Position numbers and translations under genes: made by a program
In this document: positions 23,201 through 33,150 of the stretch, piece by piece
How positions within the stretch are numbered: the first letter of the stretch is position 1
Layout of the letters: each line of letters opens with the position of its first letter
The notes under the pieces: model-generated
The model's input: the letters and a program-made list of their open reading frames with translations, nothing else
The model's database searches: none
What the model was told of the DNA's origin: nothing
Virus record (IMG/VR): IMGVR_UViG_3300014658_000001
Span: 1 to 60,653 of that record
From: a virus
Lineage: Duplodnaviria > Caudoviricetes
Strand: one strand, 5' to 3'
Length of the DNA stretch: 60,653 bases

Positions 23201-25185
23201 GGTTTGCCTCCCTTAAGGTAGGCTTCCGGGGGACGAGCCTTCATGAACTGCTTGCCCTTGACTAGCTGCTTGCCTGCGTGCTTGCGAACGCGTTGGCGCA
23301 AGGCGTCCAAAGCTCGTGCACCGGCTTCATTGGAGCCATTTCCCAACATACTAACCGTCCCGCCGTCCATGACGTACTCGCCACCCGATAGCTTGGCGTC
23401 AATATCATCGGACGTACCATCACCGTGCCCCGGATCAGGTACATAACTGTCTCCTTGGGTTGAATCAAACACGCCCCCACCGCTGGCCATGATGCGCGGG
23501 TTGATGACTGTCGACACTGGCTGAGTATTAGCGGTAAGGGGTGCGGTTTGCGGAGCCGCCCCCGCACTTCCCGTATTAGTAGGCGTGACTCCCGCAACCG
23601 ATGGAATCTGGTTATTGCTGAAGAAGCTTTGCTCTGGCCCCTCACCATACGTGTACCAGTTGGAGACGTTCGGGGGAGTATAAGCGCGGTTGTAGCTTAC
23701 TGAGGGAAGAGTCGCACTCGTACCGCTCGTAAATCCCGCAGGAGTAGCAGGTGCGGAAGCGCTCTTATTACCCCCTAACGCCGCTGCAATGATCGGCGCC
23801 AGGGCGCCATAGTTCTTGATTGCAGACCCTACAGAGCCCAGCCCCAGCGAACTCAATACGCCCCCCAACCCGCTGGAGCTGCTGCTACTCTGACTGTTGT
23901 CAGCGTAGGGATTATTTATACTGTCTACCCCCGACTGAGAACTCAGCGCAGACAAATCATCATTCGAGGGGGTGTCCAGATTGAAATCGTAGGTAATCGG
24001 AGTAGGGTTAACGTAGTCGACATATCCACCATCGTCGTAATGACGCGGCACGTCTTTGAAGCTAGGACGAATTTTGTCCAGTACAGACGAGTGTTTCGAA
24101 GTCTTCTTTGTCATGTGTCCGCCTCTAGCTACCTTCGCCATGCCGGCCTTCTGGCCGCTGTTGGCGGTTAAAGCTTGTTTCTCGCTTTGAGCCTGTTGCA
24201 ACGCCTGATCCTGCGCCTGCACGTCCTGATACTGCGACTCAAAGGGACTGTTGTTGTAAATATTCGCGAAGGGGGATTGACCCCCTACAGACTGCCAATC
24301 CTGAGCCGCGTCTCCTGACATGTACTGATTGACCATGTCATCAACCAACCCCTCATTTGTCGCGGTGTAGGCTGATCCCACGTTGTTGTAACCAGACCCC
24401 ATGGAACTTACCCAGGGGGCCACGACTTGACTGTACATCGCACTTGGATTGCTGGCCAGCGACGGGTCAGAGGTTGCAGCGGAGTTGATCTTACCCACCA
24501 GGGCATCGGTGAACTGCTGCTCACCCATCCGACCATACTGCTGGTATTCGGGTAGCGTAGATGAGCGCTCGTCCATCAGGCCGGCGAGGTCCAAGTACGG
24601 ATTCTGCGCGGATGCGGCTACCTCAGGGTTATTCTGGTTCGAAGAGGTCGCATTGATCACATTCTGAGATGCGTACGTCTCAGGGTCCTTTTCCCCCGGA
24701 CCGAATGCGGAGGCCAATGCGCCCAACGCACCCCCGGCCAGTGCCCCGACCGCAGTACCGATAACGGGGACAACTGAGCCTACTGCAGCGCCCGTCTCAG
24801 CTCCCGACATCGCATCGGATGCAGTATTGCCGGATTGGTAGCTGTTGACCTCGTTGTACAGGTCCAGCGGGATCAAGAGGCCCCCGCCCACGGAAGACAG
24901 CGCAGAATCTCCCGTAGCCACCCCCGCGAGCTGTGCTCCTGAAGCAGCTGCCCGGGTGTCCCCCTGCCAACCCCCTTGGTTGATGCCCTGGTAGATGCCC
25001 AGGGCGTCTAACGCGCCCGTAGCACCCGTATTCAAGTTGGCGTTGCCCGTGAGGTTGCCGTACATCTTGGCCGCGCCCAGACCCGCCTGCGTCTGCCCTA
25101 CGGGGTTGCCTGAGGTGGCTCCCTGGTAGATCCCGTACGCAGCCAGGGGGTTGGCGGAGCCTGTCGGAGTGCCGCTGCTGCTCAT
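23197..25185 (-). CDS. Putative internal virion protein with glycine zippers
   Basis: GAAVGSVVPVIGTAVGALAGGALG; C-terminal GDGTSDDIDAKLSGGEYV motif. Confidence 0.7.
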   Translation of the reverse strand: MSSSGTPTGSANPLAAYGIYQGATSGNPVGQTQAGLGAAKMYGNLTGNANLNTGATGALDALGIYQGINQGGWQGDTRAAASGAQLAGVATGDSALSSVGGGLLIPLDLYNEVNSYQSGNTASDAMSGAETGAAVGSVVPVIGTAVGALAGGALGALASAFGPGEKDPETYASQNVINATSSNQNNPEVAASAQNPYLDLAGLMDERSSTLPEYQQYGRMGEQQFTDALVGKINSAATSDPSLASNPSAMYSQVVAPWVSSMGSGYNNVGSAYTATNEGLVDDMVNQYMSGDAAQDWQSVGGQSPFANIYNNSPFESQYQDVQAQDQALQQAQSEKQALTANSGQKAGMAKVARGGHMTKKTSKHSSVLDKIRPSFKDVPRHYDDGGYVDYVNPTPITYDFNLDTPSNDDLSALSSQSGVDSINNPYADNSQSSSSSSGLGGVLSSLGLGSVGSAIKNYGALAPIIAAALGGNKSASAPATPAGFTSGTSATLPSVSYNRAYTPPNVSNWYTYGEGPEQSFFSNNQIPSVAGVTPTNTGSAGAAPQTAPLTANTQPVSTVINPRIMASGGGVFDSTQGDSYVPDPGHGDGTSDDIDAKLSGGEYVMDGGTVSMLGNGSNEAGARALDALRQRVRKHAGKQLVKGKQFMKARPPEAYLKGGKP

Positions 25186-25406
25186 AGCGGCACACACTGC
25201 ACGAAGCGCTCAGCCCAGTTTCGCCAGTCGGTAAACCCGCGAGGGTCGGGGGGATACAACCCTGCAATCGAGGGTACTGCGAGCACGCCTAACGCCCACG
25301 ACTGCCAATCGTTTCCCCGCATTCGGGGAAGCGGTGCGGCAGTGGCGAGCGTGAGGTTCACCGCATCGGTCCACTGCTGCGCGGTGAGGTAACGGGGGTC
25401 AATCAC
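25182..25406 (-). CDS. Small Trp-rich conserved-type virion protein
   Basis: DWQSWA..PDPRGFTDWRNWAERF; coupled to both neighbours. Confidence 0.65.
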   Translation of the reverse strand: MIDPRYLTAQQWTDAVNLTLATAAPLPRMRGNDWQSWALGVLAVPSIAGLYPPDPRGFTDWRNWAERFVQCVPL

Positions 25407-26968
25407 TTGGTGTACCTCCCATCAGTCTCTTCAATATGCGCCATGACGTTGCCCATGGTGTAATCCCCCCCAACTGTGTTGGATTCGAATTGGAACGCCA
25501 GGAGTCGGGCATTCTGCTTCAACAGCACGAGCTCCTGATCAGGCGTCGTAATCGTCGCTGGAATGGTCACCAACGCAGACTGGTCCTGCGACTCCCGCGC
25601 GTTGGCCCGCGAGAACACAGAAACCAACAAATCGGTAGCGTTCTGACCTATCGGGGTGAAATCAGGCTCGATCAATGACACCCGGAAAGCTTTATCCTTT
25701 GGGGGATTTTGCGTAATAGGGGAAATTTCCGCAGTCTTGAAGTAGGAGCGTATCGGGTAAGTCGCGCCTCCCATCACTTTGTCAGTGCCGGTCTCATGTT
25801 GCCACAGCGAATAACCCGTGGAAGTTTGCACAAGATCCGTAAAGTAAGGCTTATTGAAGACGCGTGGGGAAACCCCCGCGGAACGGCTACCGCCTCCCGT
25901 TCCACTGATTGCATCCGGTAGCGGGGTGTCATACCACGTGTTCAAATTAACGTTGAATATAATAGCCCAGTTGCATTCTGTAGCGCCAAACAGCGGGGCG
26001 CACCACCAGATTTCTCCCCATGCCTGCACTTTGACGGCAAACACTTTTTGACGCTGGGTAAAGTTCAGATTCTGATAGAACCATTCGAGGTTCGCGGTGT
26101 TCGGCAGTTCGTGCACAACGCCGTTGAACATCGAGAAGTGGTCTACTTCAGGCCAGTAGTAGATCCCGTCAAACTCGACGATACCTTGAGACGACAGCAC
26201 CGATAACTCAGAAGTTATGGTATTGAAGTTGAATGGGATACCCGCCAGCAAATACGGGTTATACGTCGCTACGACCAGATCCGCCAGCGTCCAGAAAATA
26301 GCTGCGGGACCGCCCGAGCCGTTGCGTAACGGCAACCCTTTGACGACTTTCTGATCGGACACGAACGCAGAATTGAATGTTATTCCCGCGCTGATGTTGT
26401 TGATTTGCGAGATGTCTATGCGACCATTGATGCTGTAGCCGATCAGGTACGGCGCGATGGCAACGATGCCGCCCGCCACGTTGGGCATACCGGTCTGCAC
26501 CAGCGGGGTTGTCGCATTGGCGGGGCCGTAAAAAATAGGCGTCTCTACGGTGCTCGTAATGTCATTCAGGTTCTGCCCTGGGGTAGCAACAATGGTCGTT
26601 TGCCCTACAGTCGTATCCACGAATTGATCGAACATCCACAGATCGTTAGCGTTGGGCGTAAACCCTGAGGTTGGCGTGCGGTCTCCCTGAAACCCGGGGT
26701 TACCAAACTGATCCGACTGGACTTGAGTCACAAAGCTCTGTGAGCCTAGGTGTATATAGTTGATACCCCCGGAAAAGTACGCATCCATACCGCGCACGAC
26801 TTCAGGCAACTGCGAAGTAATCGACTTGTAGCCGGCCATCTTACGGGGCAACCCGCGACGGTTGAACCGCACCCACAACCCGTCCTTGTATTCAGGGCCT
26901 TCGAACAGCGTGCCATCCCGTTTTATCCCGGGCTTTGACATGATAGGAAAAGGTTGCGTCGTGGGCAT
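25403..26968 (-). CDS. Tail tubular protein B / nozzle (beta-propeller-like)
   Basis: PGIKRDGT..VRFNRRGLPRKMAG; GEIWWCAP; size and synteny. Confidence 0.75.
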   Translation of the reverse strand: MPTTQPFPIMSKPGIKRDGTLFEGPEYKDGLWVRFNRRGLPRKMAGYKSITSQLPEVVRGMDAYFSGGINYIHLGSQSFVTQVQSDQFGNPGFQGDRTPTSGFTPNANDLWMFDQFVDTTVGQTTIVATPGQNLNDITSTVETPIFYGPANATTPLVQTGMPNVAGGIVAIAPYLIGYSINGRIDISQINNISAGITFNSAFVSDQKVVKGLPLRNGSGGPAAIFWTLADLVVATYNPYLLAGIPFNFNTITSELSVLSSQGIVEFDGIYYWPEVDHFSMFNGVVHELPNTANLEWFYQNLNFTQRQKVFAVKVQAWGEIWWCAPLFGATECNWAIIFNVNLNTWYDTPLPDAISGTGGGSRSAGVSPRVFNKPYFTDLVQTSTGYSLWQHETGTDKVMGGATYPIRSYFKTAEISPITQNPPKDKAFRVSLIEPDFTPIGQNATDLLVSVFSRANARESQDQSALVTIPATITTPDQELVLLKQNARLLAFQFESNTVGGDYTMGNVMAHIEETDGRYTK

Positions 26969-26969
26969 A

Positions 26970-27518
26970 TTACGGCGTCTGCTGTGCCTGAGGCAGGGAA
27001 GCGACTGAAGCGGTCAGGTTCTGCGCGCGTGCATTGAGGTCAGCTAGCTTAGGTCCCAGGGTCGAATCCGTAGCGGGCAAGTTGAGTGCGTCCCCCCGCG
27101 ATACGTGACTCCCTAGCCCGGGCAAGTACGCTGTCGAGGTCTGTCCCGGGGTGTACTTACGTATCGAGTCATCTTTCAAGAAACGGATATAACTCGGCAC
27201 TTTGAGCTGATTCGCCACGCTCAGATCATTCGGCGAGAAGTACTGGCCTAAAGCATCGCTGCCGGGGTGGCTGTGCACGATACCCGCCAACGAAGTGCCC
27301 TGCGGCATTTGCACCCGCATCCCGAAGTTATCGTGATCTGAGTTGGTCACCGCAGGTGAGTACTGGTAACGACCATCTGCGCGCTTGAACAGCGCAGCCG
27401 ACTGCTCGATGTCGGGCTGCTTGCCGAAGTCTTTGGAAACCTCGTGTGCAGCTTGATCCAGGCTCTCAAACGTAGGGCCTTGATCTATGGGGGTCACTAT
27501 GGGAAAGGGTCTTGGCAT
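26970..27518 (-). CDS. JAB/MPN (JAMM) metalloprotease, DUF4329-like
   Basis: E(QSAALF)...VHSHP-x9-SPND metal-binding motif. Confidence 0.8.
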   Translation of the reverse strand: MPRPFPIVTPIDQGPTFESLDQAAHEVSKDFGKQPDIEQSAALFKRADGRYQYSPAVTNSDHDNFGMRVQMPQGTSLAGIVHSHPGSDALGQYFSPNDLSVANQLKVPSYIRFLKDDSIRKYTPGQTSTAYLPGLGSHVSRGDALNLPATDSTLGPKLADLNARAQNLTASVASLPQAQQTP

Positions 27519-27521
27519 AGT

Positions 27522-28136
27522 TCAGGTGTACTTGAATAAAACTTGTCCAACACCGCCCGCAACGCTAGTGCCCCCAGGGGAAGATCCGCCAGCGCCGCCA
27601 CTGGTTCCATTGACCCCGTTAACCCCCGCGATACCCGCACCACCAGCCGCACCCGCACTTGTGGTGCCGTTACTCCCCCCATTTCCAGCGAGGTTAGTAA
27701 CGTTGCCACCTGTGCTTGCGGCTCCTCCATTTCCCCCAACCCCGGTGCCGGTAGCGGGACCTGCTGCACCCGCCTGCCCGAACGGGCAACTCATCGTCGT
27801 AATCGTGAACGTACCGGAGGAGACAGTAGTCGCGGTGCCATTATTTCCTCCAATTCCGGTGGCTGCCGCACCTCCTGAACCGACAGTGCCCCCGATTGTT
27901 TGTCCCGTATGCCCTATTACGGAGTAAGCCGAGCGGCTATAAGCCCCGCTTCCCCCACCGCCTCCCCCGGTAGTAGTGCCGCCGCCGCCCCCTGAGCCGC
28001 AGCCGCCCCACGCTTCGATCACAACGTTACTTGCGCCGTTAGGGATGGTTTCTGTGAATGCCCCTGCGGTGTTTTTCAGGTGAGCAACAGGAGTGAACCC
28101 CCCGGCGCTCAACAATACGTTGAGAATGCCGGTCAT
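27522..28136 (-). CDS. Glycine-rich tail fibre-associated protein
   Basis: VIEAWGGCGSGGGGG..GGGGSGAY; ATG overlaps the upstream TGA. Confidence 0.75.
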   Translation of the reverse strand: MTGILNVLLSAGGFTPVAHLKNTAGAFTETIPNGASNVVIEAWGGCGSGGGGGTTTGGGGGGSGAYSRSAYSVIGHTGQTIGGTVGSGGAAATGIGGNNGTATTVSSGTFTITTMSCPFGQAGAAGPATGTGVGGNGGAASTGGNVTNLAGNGGSNGTTSAGAAGGAGIAGVNGVNGTSGGAGGSSPGGTSVAGGVGQVLFKYT

Positions 28137-30424
28137 CAGGTGACGCCAGCGCCGGCGATCGAGCATGAGCCGGCACTTGTGAACAACAACGTGGCGATTG
28201 ACTCTCCGGTCATTGTGCGGTTCCCAGTCGTGCCGCCGTTACCGGCCCACGAAAGGGTCATTCCGGAACCCTGAGCCACAGTCAGAGTGGAGCCTGATGT
28301 GACCCTCAGCGTCACGACCGCGCCCTGTCCGAATACCGAGGACGGAACGGTGTAAGTGACCGACGACCCGGCTTGGACTGTTTTCCCCCTATCGGATAGT
28401 TGCAGGGTGTAATTGACATTTTGAGTGCTGAGTGGAACATCCTTGTAACCCAACTCAAACAGGTTGGTACCGTCATTTCCAAATACAACTCCACCACCCT
28501 GCACGACGAAGTAGTTAACGGTTCCAGCTTGATTCTGTACCCGCAACGCATCGTCGCTAGTATTAGTACCCGCTTGGATAAGCAGTCCAAATGATTGACC
28601 CGCCGTTGCGTTGCCAACAAGATATGCCGCGCGCGAATTCGCAGGTCCAGTGACTGTCAGAGAGTTGCCGCTAGCAGGGGCGTTGATGGTAACTGCACGA
28701 GTCGTAGCGACTTTAAAAATCTGCGCCCAGGAGCCGTTGAACTGCCATAGCTCAGTCTGACCTCCAGACTGCTGCAGGTTAGTCACCGTCGTCGCGCTCG
28801 TGTCCCACAGCTCCAGATTGGGTCCTTCTGCGACGGCATTTGCGGTGCTTCCGGCCCGGTTGACCACAATGTCCCCAGCGGTGTTCGTGGCTCCCTGGCT
28901 ACTATTGATGACCAAAGACGTGGCATTCCCCGTCGCGCCTGTGACGGTGAGCGTCGTGCTGGTGCCGCTGGCGGCGTTGAGGGTGGTCGCGCCGGTGCTT
29001 GCGATCACCAGACGATTTGTGGCTGAGGTCGCGAGCGATAAAGTACCGCTGCCAGTACCGATCACCAACGGGTCAGTGGATTGGCTAAAAATATTCCACG
29101 TGTTGGTGTCAATTCCCTCGCTCCAACCAAACGACAACGGCCCTGCCGCTCCAGTTGTCGCAGTGAGCGCCAGCGTCGTTGCCCCACTCGCCGCGGCTAC
29201 AGCAAGCGTAGTTCCGGTAGTAGCTGCGGGCAAAGACCACTGGCCGCTCGCGTTGACAGATCCTGCAGCGCGACCGCCAGCCGCAAACCCAAGTACGCCC
29301 GCCCCGGGCAGGTACAGCCCGGTTGTCCCATCAGAAGCAAAAGTGATGGATGGCGACGCCGCAGTGCCGTTCCCGAAGGTCACACCTCCGCCAGTGATCG
29401 CACTGACGATGTTCAACCCGTCGCAGTACAGGATAACCCGGTTGGCTTGCGGCACGACAAATGTACTGCCCGCTCCCCCTGCGGAGATGGTGAGCGTAAA
29501 AGCGCCGGTCGTCTCGTTGTCGATCCAATACTGTTGGATGGATGCGGGAACAATGACGACCGTATTGCCGGCGAGCGCGCCGGTAAAACGATACGAGATG
29601 CGATTGAGTTGCGCACCGGTCAGGACGACGTTGCCAGTGTCGCCTGCAAGGCTGATGGTAACGAAATTGAATGAGGAGGCGACCGACTGACCGAAGCCTA
29701 TTGAGAAGAAATTAGTTCCGTCAGTCGCGATAATCGCCGAATCGTTCGGGTTGAACGTCATCGACGCGCTGCCGTTGATCTGCCCAGACCCAGGCACGAA
29801 GCTCACAACACCCGTGCCGCTGTTCTTGATGTAGCAGAACCAACCTGCACCCAGGGTCGCCGCGGCCGAGGAGGAGAATGTGCCCCCCGCCCCGCCAGTC
29901 CACTCAATACAAGCTGCGCGATCCTGATTCGTACCGGAGCCGATCGTATAGCTCGCAGCTTGCGGCGAGAACGTGATCTGCTCATTCAGCGTCGTGCTGA
30001 TAGCTTTGAGTCCCGCACCCGCAAGCGTCGCCGCATTAGCCGTAGAGACCGACGCACCGTACTGGAATACTCGCCATGTGCCTTGCAGCGTCGAGTTGTC
30101 AGCCAGATAAATCTGCCACGCCGCACCTGGGGCAGGTGCCATCAGCGTATTGCCCTGCGCGTCCAGCAACGTGAACGTGTTAGCGCCTACGTTGTTAAAC
30201 AACGCACAGTAGCCGGTACCTACTGATCGAGCATCCGACAGCTGAATGGTCAGGCCACCCGCGGTAGCGCTGACATCAATGATTTCCGCAGCGGCCGGAG
30301 AGGTGATGTTGGATTCAAGCGGCCATCCCAAGACCTGATTCGTTGACATCGACAACGACAGGTATGTGGGGATCGCAGGCGCTACGAGACTGCCACCGAA
30401 CAACAACTGGTACACACTAGGCAC
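28136..30424 (-). CDS. Tail fibre / receptor-binding protein
   Basis: 762 aa, Thr/Gly/Ala-rich; GTAASPSITFASDGTTGLY motif; C-terminal YTLQLSDRGK..YTVP domain. Confidence 0.8.
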   Translation of the reverse strand: MPSVYQLLFGGSLVAPAIPTYLSLSMSTNQVLGWPLESNITSPAAAEIIDVSATAGGLTIQLSDARSVGTGYCALFNNVGANTFTLLDAQGNTLMAPAPGAAWQIYLADNSTLQGTWRVFQYGASVSTANAATLAGAGLKAISTTLNEQITFSPQAASYTIGSGTNQDRAACIEWTGGAGGTFSSSAAATLGAGWFCYIKNSGTGVVSFVPGSGQINGSASMTFNPNDSAIIATDGTNFFSIGFGQSVASSFNFVTISLAGDTGNVVLTGAQLNRISYRFTGALAGNTVVIVPASIQQYWIDNETTGAFTLTISAGGAGSTFVVPQANRVILYCDGLNIVSAITGGGVTFGNGTAASPSITFASDGTTGLYLPGAGVLGFAAGGRAAGSVNASGQWSLPAATTGTTLAVAAASGATTLALTATTGAAGPLSFGWSEGIDTNTWNIFSQSTDPLVIGTGSGTLSLATSATNRLVIASTGATTLNAASGTSTTLTVTGATGNATSLVINSSQGATNTAGDIVVNRAGSTANAVAEGPNLELWDTSATTVTNLQQSGGQTELWQFNGSWAQIFKVATTRAVTINAPASGNSLTVTGPANSRAAYLVGNATAGQSFGLLIQAGTNTSDDALRVQNQAGTVNYFVVQGGGVVFGNDGTNLFELGYKDVPLSTQNVNYTLQLSDRGKTVQAGSSVTYTVPSSVFGQGAVVTLRVTSGSTLTVAQGSGMTLSWAGNGGTTGNRTMTGESIATLLFTSAGSCSIAGAGVT

Positions 30425-30427
30425 AGG

Positions 30428-31093
30428 TCAATCCTCGTTACGTACCGCAGCACGGTCTACTGAGCGCATTAGATCCTCATTTTCAAGGTTGGTAGCCCCC
30501 TCCTCGTAGTATTGGCGCCATGTTGGTATACGCTCGTCGTTCTTCAGGAAAGGCTCGCACTCCAGCAGTGCCCGATAGAGCAAAGTCTCGGGTGCGAAGT
30601 TCGTCCAGAAGTTGGTCTGATTTGAGCTATCCAGCAACTGCGGTAGCCCGTAGTACAGGATTTGCCACGGGTAACTGATCTGCGGCGTGGGTACGATGAG
30701 CCAGTGTGCGTAATCCACATCAGCGTAGAACTGCGGCTGCGCAGTCTGGGTCAGATCCGGCCAGTAGCTCAGGCAGTATTCGTACTGCCGGGCAAATAAA
30801 GGCGTAGCCGAATTCTGCGAAGAGTCCGCAACCGTCGCAACTCCGAAATTCATCGAAACCGTGCGACGCCACCCGTTAGGTTTCGTGTACACCGCAGTTC
30901 CCGCAGCCAAGGACCCTACAATCGGGATAACCATCCCCAGGATTTTCAATCGGCGAGCCAGTGCCCGTTCCGCATTATTGATCAACAGGGGTATCTGGCC
31001 AAAAAAAGTAGGGTCGGTGGCTGACCCGCCGCGCTCCACATACGCCTGGAGCACCTGAGTGCTAAGAGAGGTAAATGTCAACGCGACGGGCAT
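30428..31093 (-). CDS. Tail tubular protein A / adaptor
   Basis: IPLLINNAERALARRL..VPTP..PETLLYRALLE..FLKNDER. Confidence 0.75.
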   Translation of the reverse strand: MPVALTFTSLSTQVLQAYVERGGSATDPTFFGQIPLLINNAERALARRLKILGMVIPIVGSLAAGTAVYTKPNGWRRTVSMNFGVATVADSSQNSATPLFARQYEYCLSYWPDLTQTAQPQFYADVDYAHWLIVPTPQISYPWQILYYGLPQLLDSSNQTNFWTNFAPETLLYRALLECEPFLKNDERIPTWRQYYEEGATNLENEDLMRSVDRAAVRNED

Positions 31094-31096
31094 CGC

Positions 31097-31309
31097 TCAT
31101 ATGCTCGCAGGGTCGCCTACCGGAACGTCGTCCGTAGGTGCGGGTATGTGCGGCGTATCAGCCGGACGAACCCGAGCCTGCGTCAGCGCTGCTTTTGCAT
31201 GCTGTACTTCCGCGATTATGCGAGCAAGCGGCATGAACTCACCCCACAGGGGGTGACTCCTGGACACCAAAAGAGCTTCAATGTTAGTCAACGTCTCAAG
31301 GGTCAACAT
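31097..31309 (-). CDS. Hypothetical protein
   Basis: ORF with AGGA RBS. Confidence 0.55.
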   Translation of the reverse strand: MLTLETLTNIEALLVSRSHPLWGEFMPLARIIAEVQHAKAALTQARVRPADTPHIPAPTDDVPVGDPASI

Positions 31310-31317
31310 AGTTCGTC

Positions 31318-31878
31318 CTAAGGTTGTTTAGCGATGGAGGCAATAGTAGCGTCTTTCGTCTGACCGCTTTCACTGCCCCCGAAATAGAATGCGGTAGCTT
31401 GCTTTGCTTCAGAAGACAGGTAACCGAAAATAGTACCGAAGAACAATCCGGCTTCACCATTCAACAGTAGTTTTGCACGGTCCGGCCAACCAAACAGTCC
31501 GATGATCATCCCAATAGTCACCAGTAAAAACCCCACAATCAGAAGCCACGCCAAGCGACCCGCTGTGGGGTCTTTAGTGACAATCTGCATCTGCCGTGCG
31601 TTAGCCACATCGTCGAAGGCCAACTTGGCCTTATCGATCCCCAACTGCGCGAGCTGCTCAGCATGCGCATTATCCGCTTGCTTGAGCGCAACCAACTGAT
31701 CCGGTGTGGCATTGAGAAGAGACGTTTCTACGGTTTTCGCATCACTGGTTCCGAAAATCTTCCGCATGATCGGGTCTACCAGCGGAGCAAAGGGTCCCGC
31801 GAGCGTGTCCGCAATAGTCGGCGCAACCGTGCGTAAAACCTGCAGCGCACCGGATGCGATAGTCGAGAGCAGACTCAT
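31318..31878 (-). CDS. Holin-like membrane protein
   Basis: APTIADTLAGP..DVANARQMQ, two TM helices, FYFGGS; next to lysozyme. Confidence 0.7.
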   Translation of the reverse strand: MSLLSTIASGALQVLRTVAPTIADTLAGPFAPLVDPIMRKIFGTSDAKTVETSLLNATPDQLVALKQADNAHAEQLAQLGIDKAKLAFDDVANARQMQIVTKDPTAGRLAWLLIVGFLLVTIGMIIGLFGWPDRAKLLLNGEAGLFFGTIFGYLSSEAKQATAFYFGGSESGQTKDATIASIAKQP

Positions 31879-32342
31879 GTGGGTGCTCCATCCAAAAATA
31901 ATGCTTTTTCGAGTTGTCTACGCCGCAGCAGTCCCTTATCAGGAACCCCATTCAAGTGGTCCCATTGCAGAAACTCCTCCGCAGCTGCTGAGATGTTGCT
32001 GGCGTTGAGTTGCTTGAGCAGGGTGGAGACAACCCACACTTCCCCTGTGCGATGCTCTAACGCAACTTGTCCTGCGTTGTAAACGAGGCTCACCAGCGCA
32101 TCGAACTCATGCTGGTACAGTTTCACCTTTACGTCGTGCATGACCACGGTTTCCGCACCCAGCGTGTCCTCCTTGAGCCACTTCAAGGCAATTTCTGGCG
32201 TGACTACAGTGTCCTGCGTAACGTCCGCCCCGGTGTGGCCCCACCCCGCAGTCCACGGCTCGTGAGGAAACCTCCGATACGGCCGGTCAGCGTAGTTTTC
32301 AAAGAACTGAATCAGTGCCAGACCTAACGGGCTCAAAGTCAT
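31875..32342 (-). CDS. Endolysin, GH24 phage lysozyme
   Basis: LIQFFE..PY..WTAGWGHTG..QHEFDALVSLVYNAG..GLLRRRQLE. Confidence 0.92.
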   Translation of the reverse strand: MTLSPLGLALIQFFENYADRPYRRFPHEPWTAGWGHTGADVTQDTVVTPEIALKWLKEDTLGAETVVMHDVKVKLYQHEFDALVSLVYNAGQVALEHRTGEVWVVSTLLKQLNASNISAAAEEFLQWDHLNGVPDKGLLRRRQLEKALFLDGAPT

Positions 32343-32599
32343 TTGTGTTCGTCCTCTGCACGTTGTTTTTCCCTGGCGGTACCTTGTTGTATACCCTCTA
32401 CAACCCCCAGTTTCCGAGCAATGGCTTCGTTGCGCTCAGCTAATCCGTTAGTGCTACGGTGTACTGCGTCGATTTTATCGTTATTCACATCCAACTTGCG
32501 ACTGTTTCTAACTGAGAAGACCACGCCGATAGCTGCAACTACGGAACTCAATAAAGTCCCACAAGCTGTCAGTATCAGCGCAGTCTGCTCAACGGTCAT
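32339..32599 (-). CDS. Single-TM membrane protein (lysis module)
   Basis: N-terminal hydrophobic helix followed by a charged tail. Confidence 0.6.
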   Translation of the reverse strand: MTVEQTALILTACGTLLSSVVAAIGVVFSVRNSRKLDVNNDKIDAVHRSTNGLAERNEAIARKLGVVEGIQQGTAREKQRAEDEHK

Positions 32600-32790
32600 A
32601 CGTGTGCCATAGCCCACTTGAAAGCGTGTTGAGTCACCTTGTCGGCGTTCTCGTCCCACGTACTCGTGTCGGTCGCCAGGACCGGCGCGATCTCCTTGGC
32701 GATCCCGGGGGGTAATGCACCACCCACCATAGGATCGGTAAGAGCTGTCTTGATTGCATTCCTGATAATGATGTGTCCTCCGCCGCTCAA
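32596..32790 (-). CDS. Hypothetical protein
   Basis: TTG start with GGAGG RBS. Confidence 0.6.
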   Translation of the reverse strand: MSGGGHIIIRNAIKTALTDPMVGGALPPGIAKEIAPVLATDTSTWDENADKVTQHAFKWAMAHV

Positions 32791-32832
32791 GATTGCACCT
32801 CCTGCCGTTTAACCTGGATCGATATTGTCACT

Positions 32833-33150
32833 TTATTTCTCCTTCAGTGATTTCTGTAAGCCATAAGCCTGGATCAAATCATGGTCGGACTTCACTTGCG
32901 CTGCGATGTTAGCAAAGCGACCGTTAATGAAAACCCGATCGTCGTACGTGTCCAAGTCTACCGTTTGTTTCAGGCCCTGATAACACAAATACATCGCAAC
33001 GTTACCGAGGATAGAGAGCGCCAACAAGGTAGCCGTGATCATCGATACAGGGTCGCGCGGTACCGTAAAGCGGTTAATGTTGACATGCGCGGATTCGTAA
33101 GCCTGCACCGAGTCGTCCGCGTTATCCCGCGATGAGCCGAGTCTGGTCAC
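32833..33150 (-). CDS. Membrane protein
   Basis: GTGA overlap start; TM helix ITATLLALSILGNVAMYLCY. Confidence 0.5.
   Translation of the reverse strand: MTRLGSSRDNADDSVQAYESAHVNINRFTVPRDPVSMITATLLALSILGNVAMYLCYQGLKQTVDLDTYDDRVFINGRFANIAAQVKSDHDLIQAYGLQKSLKEK

Noticed and set aside
23197-25185. Tape measure protein (GTSDDI..LS.GEYV motif)
   Set aside because: The motif also fits internal virion proteins; no tail tube, chaperone or baseplate genes are present, so an ejection protein is more consistent.
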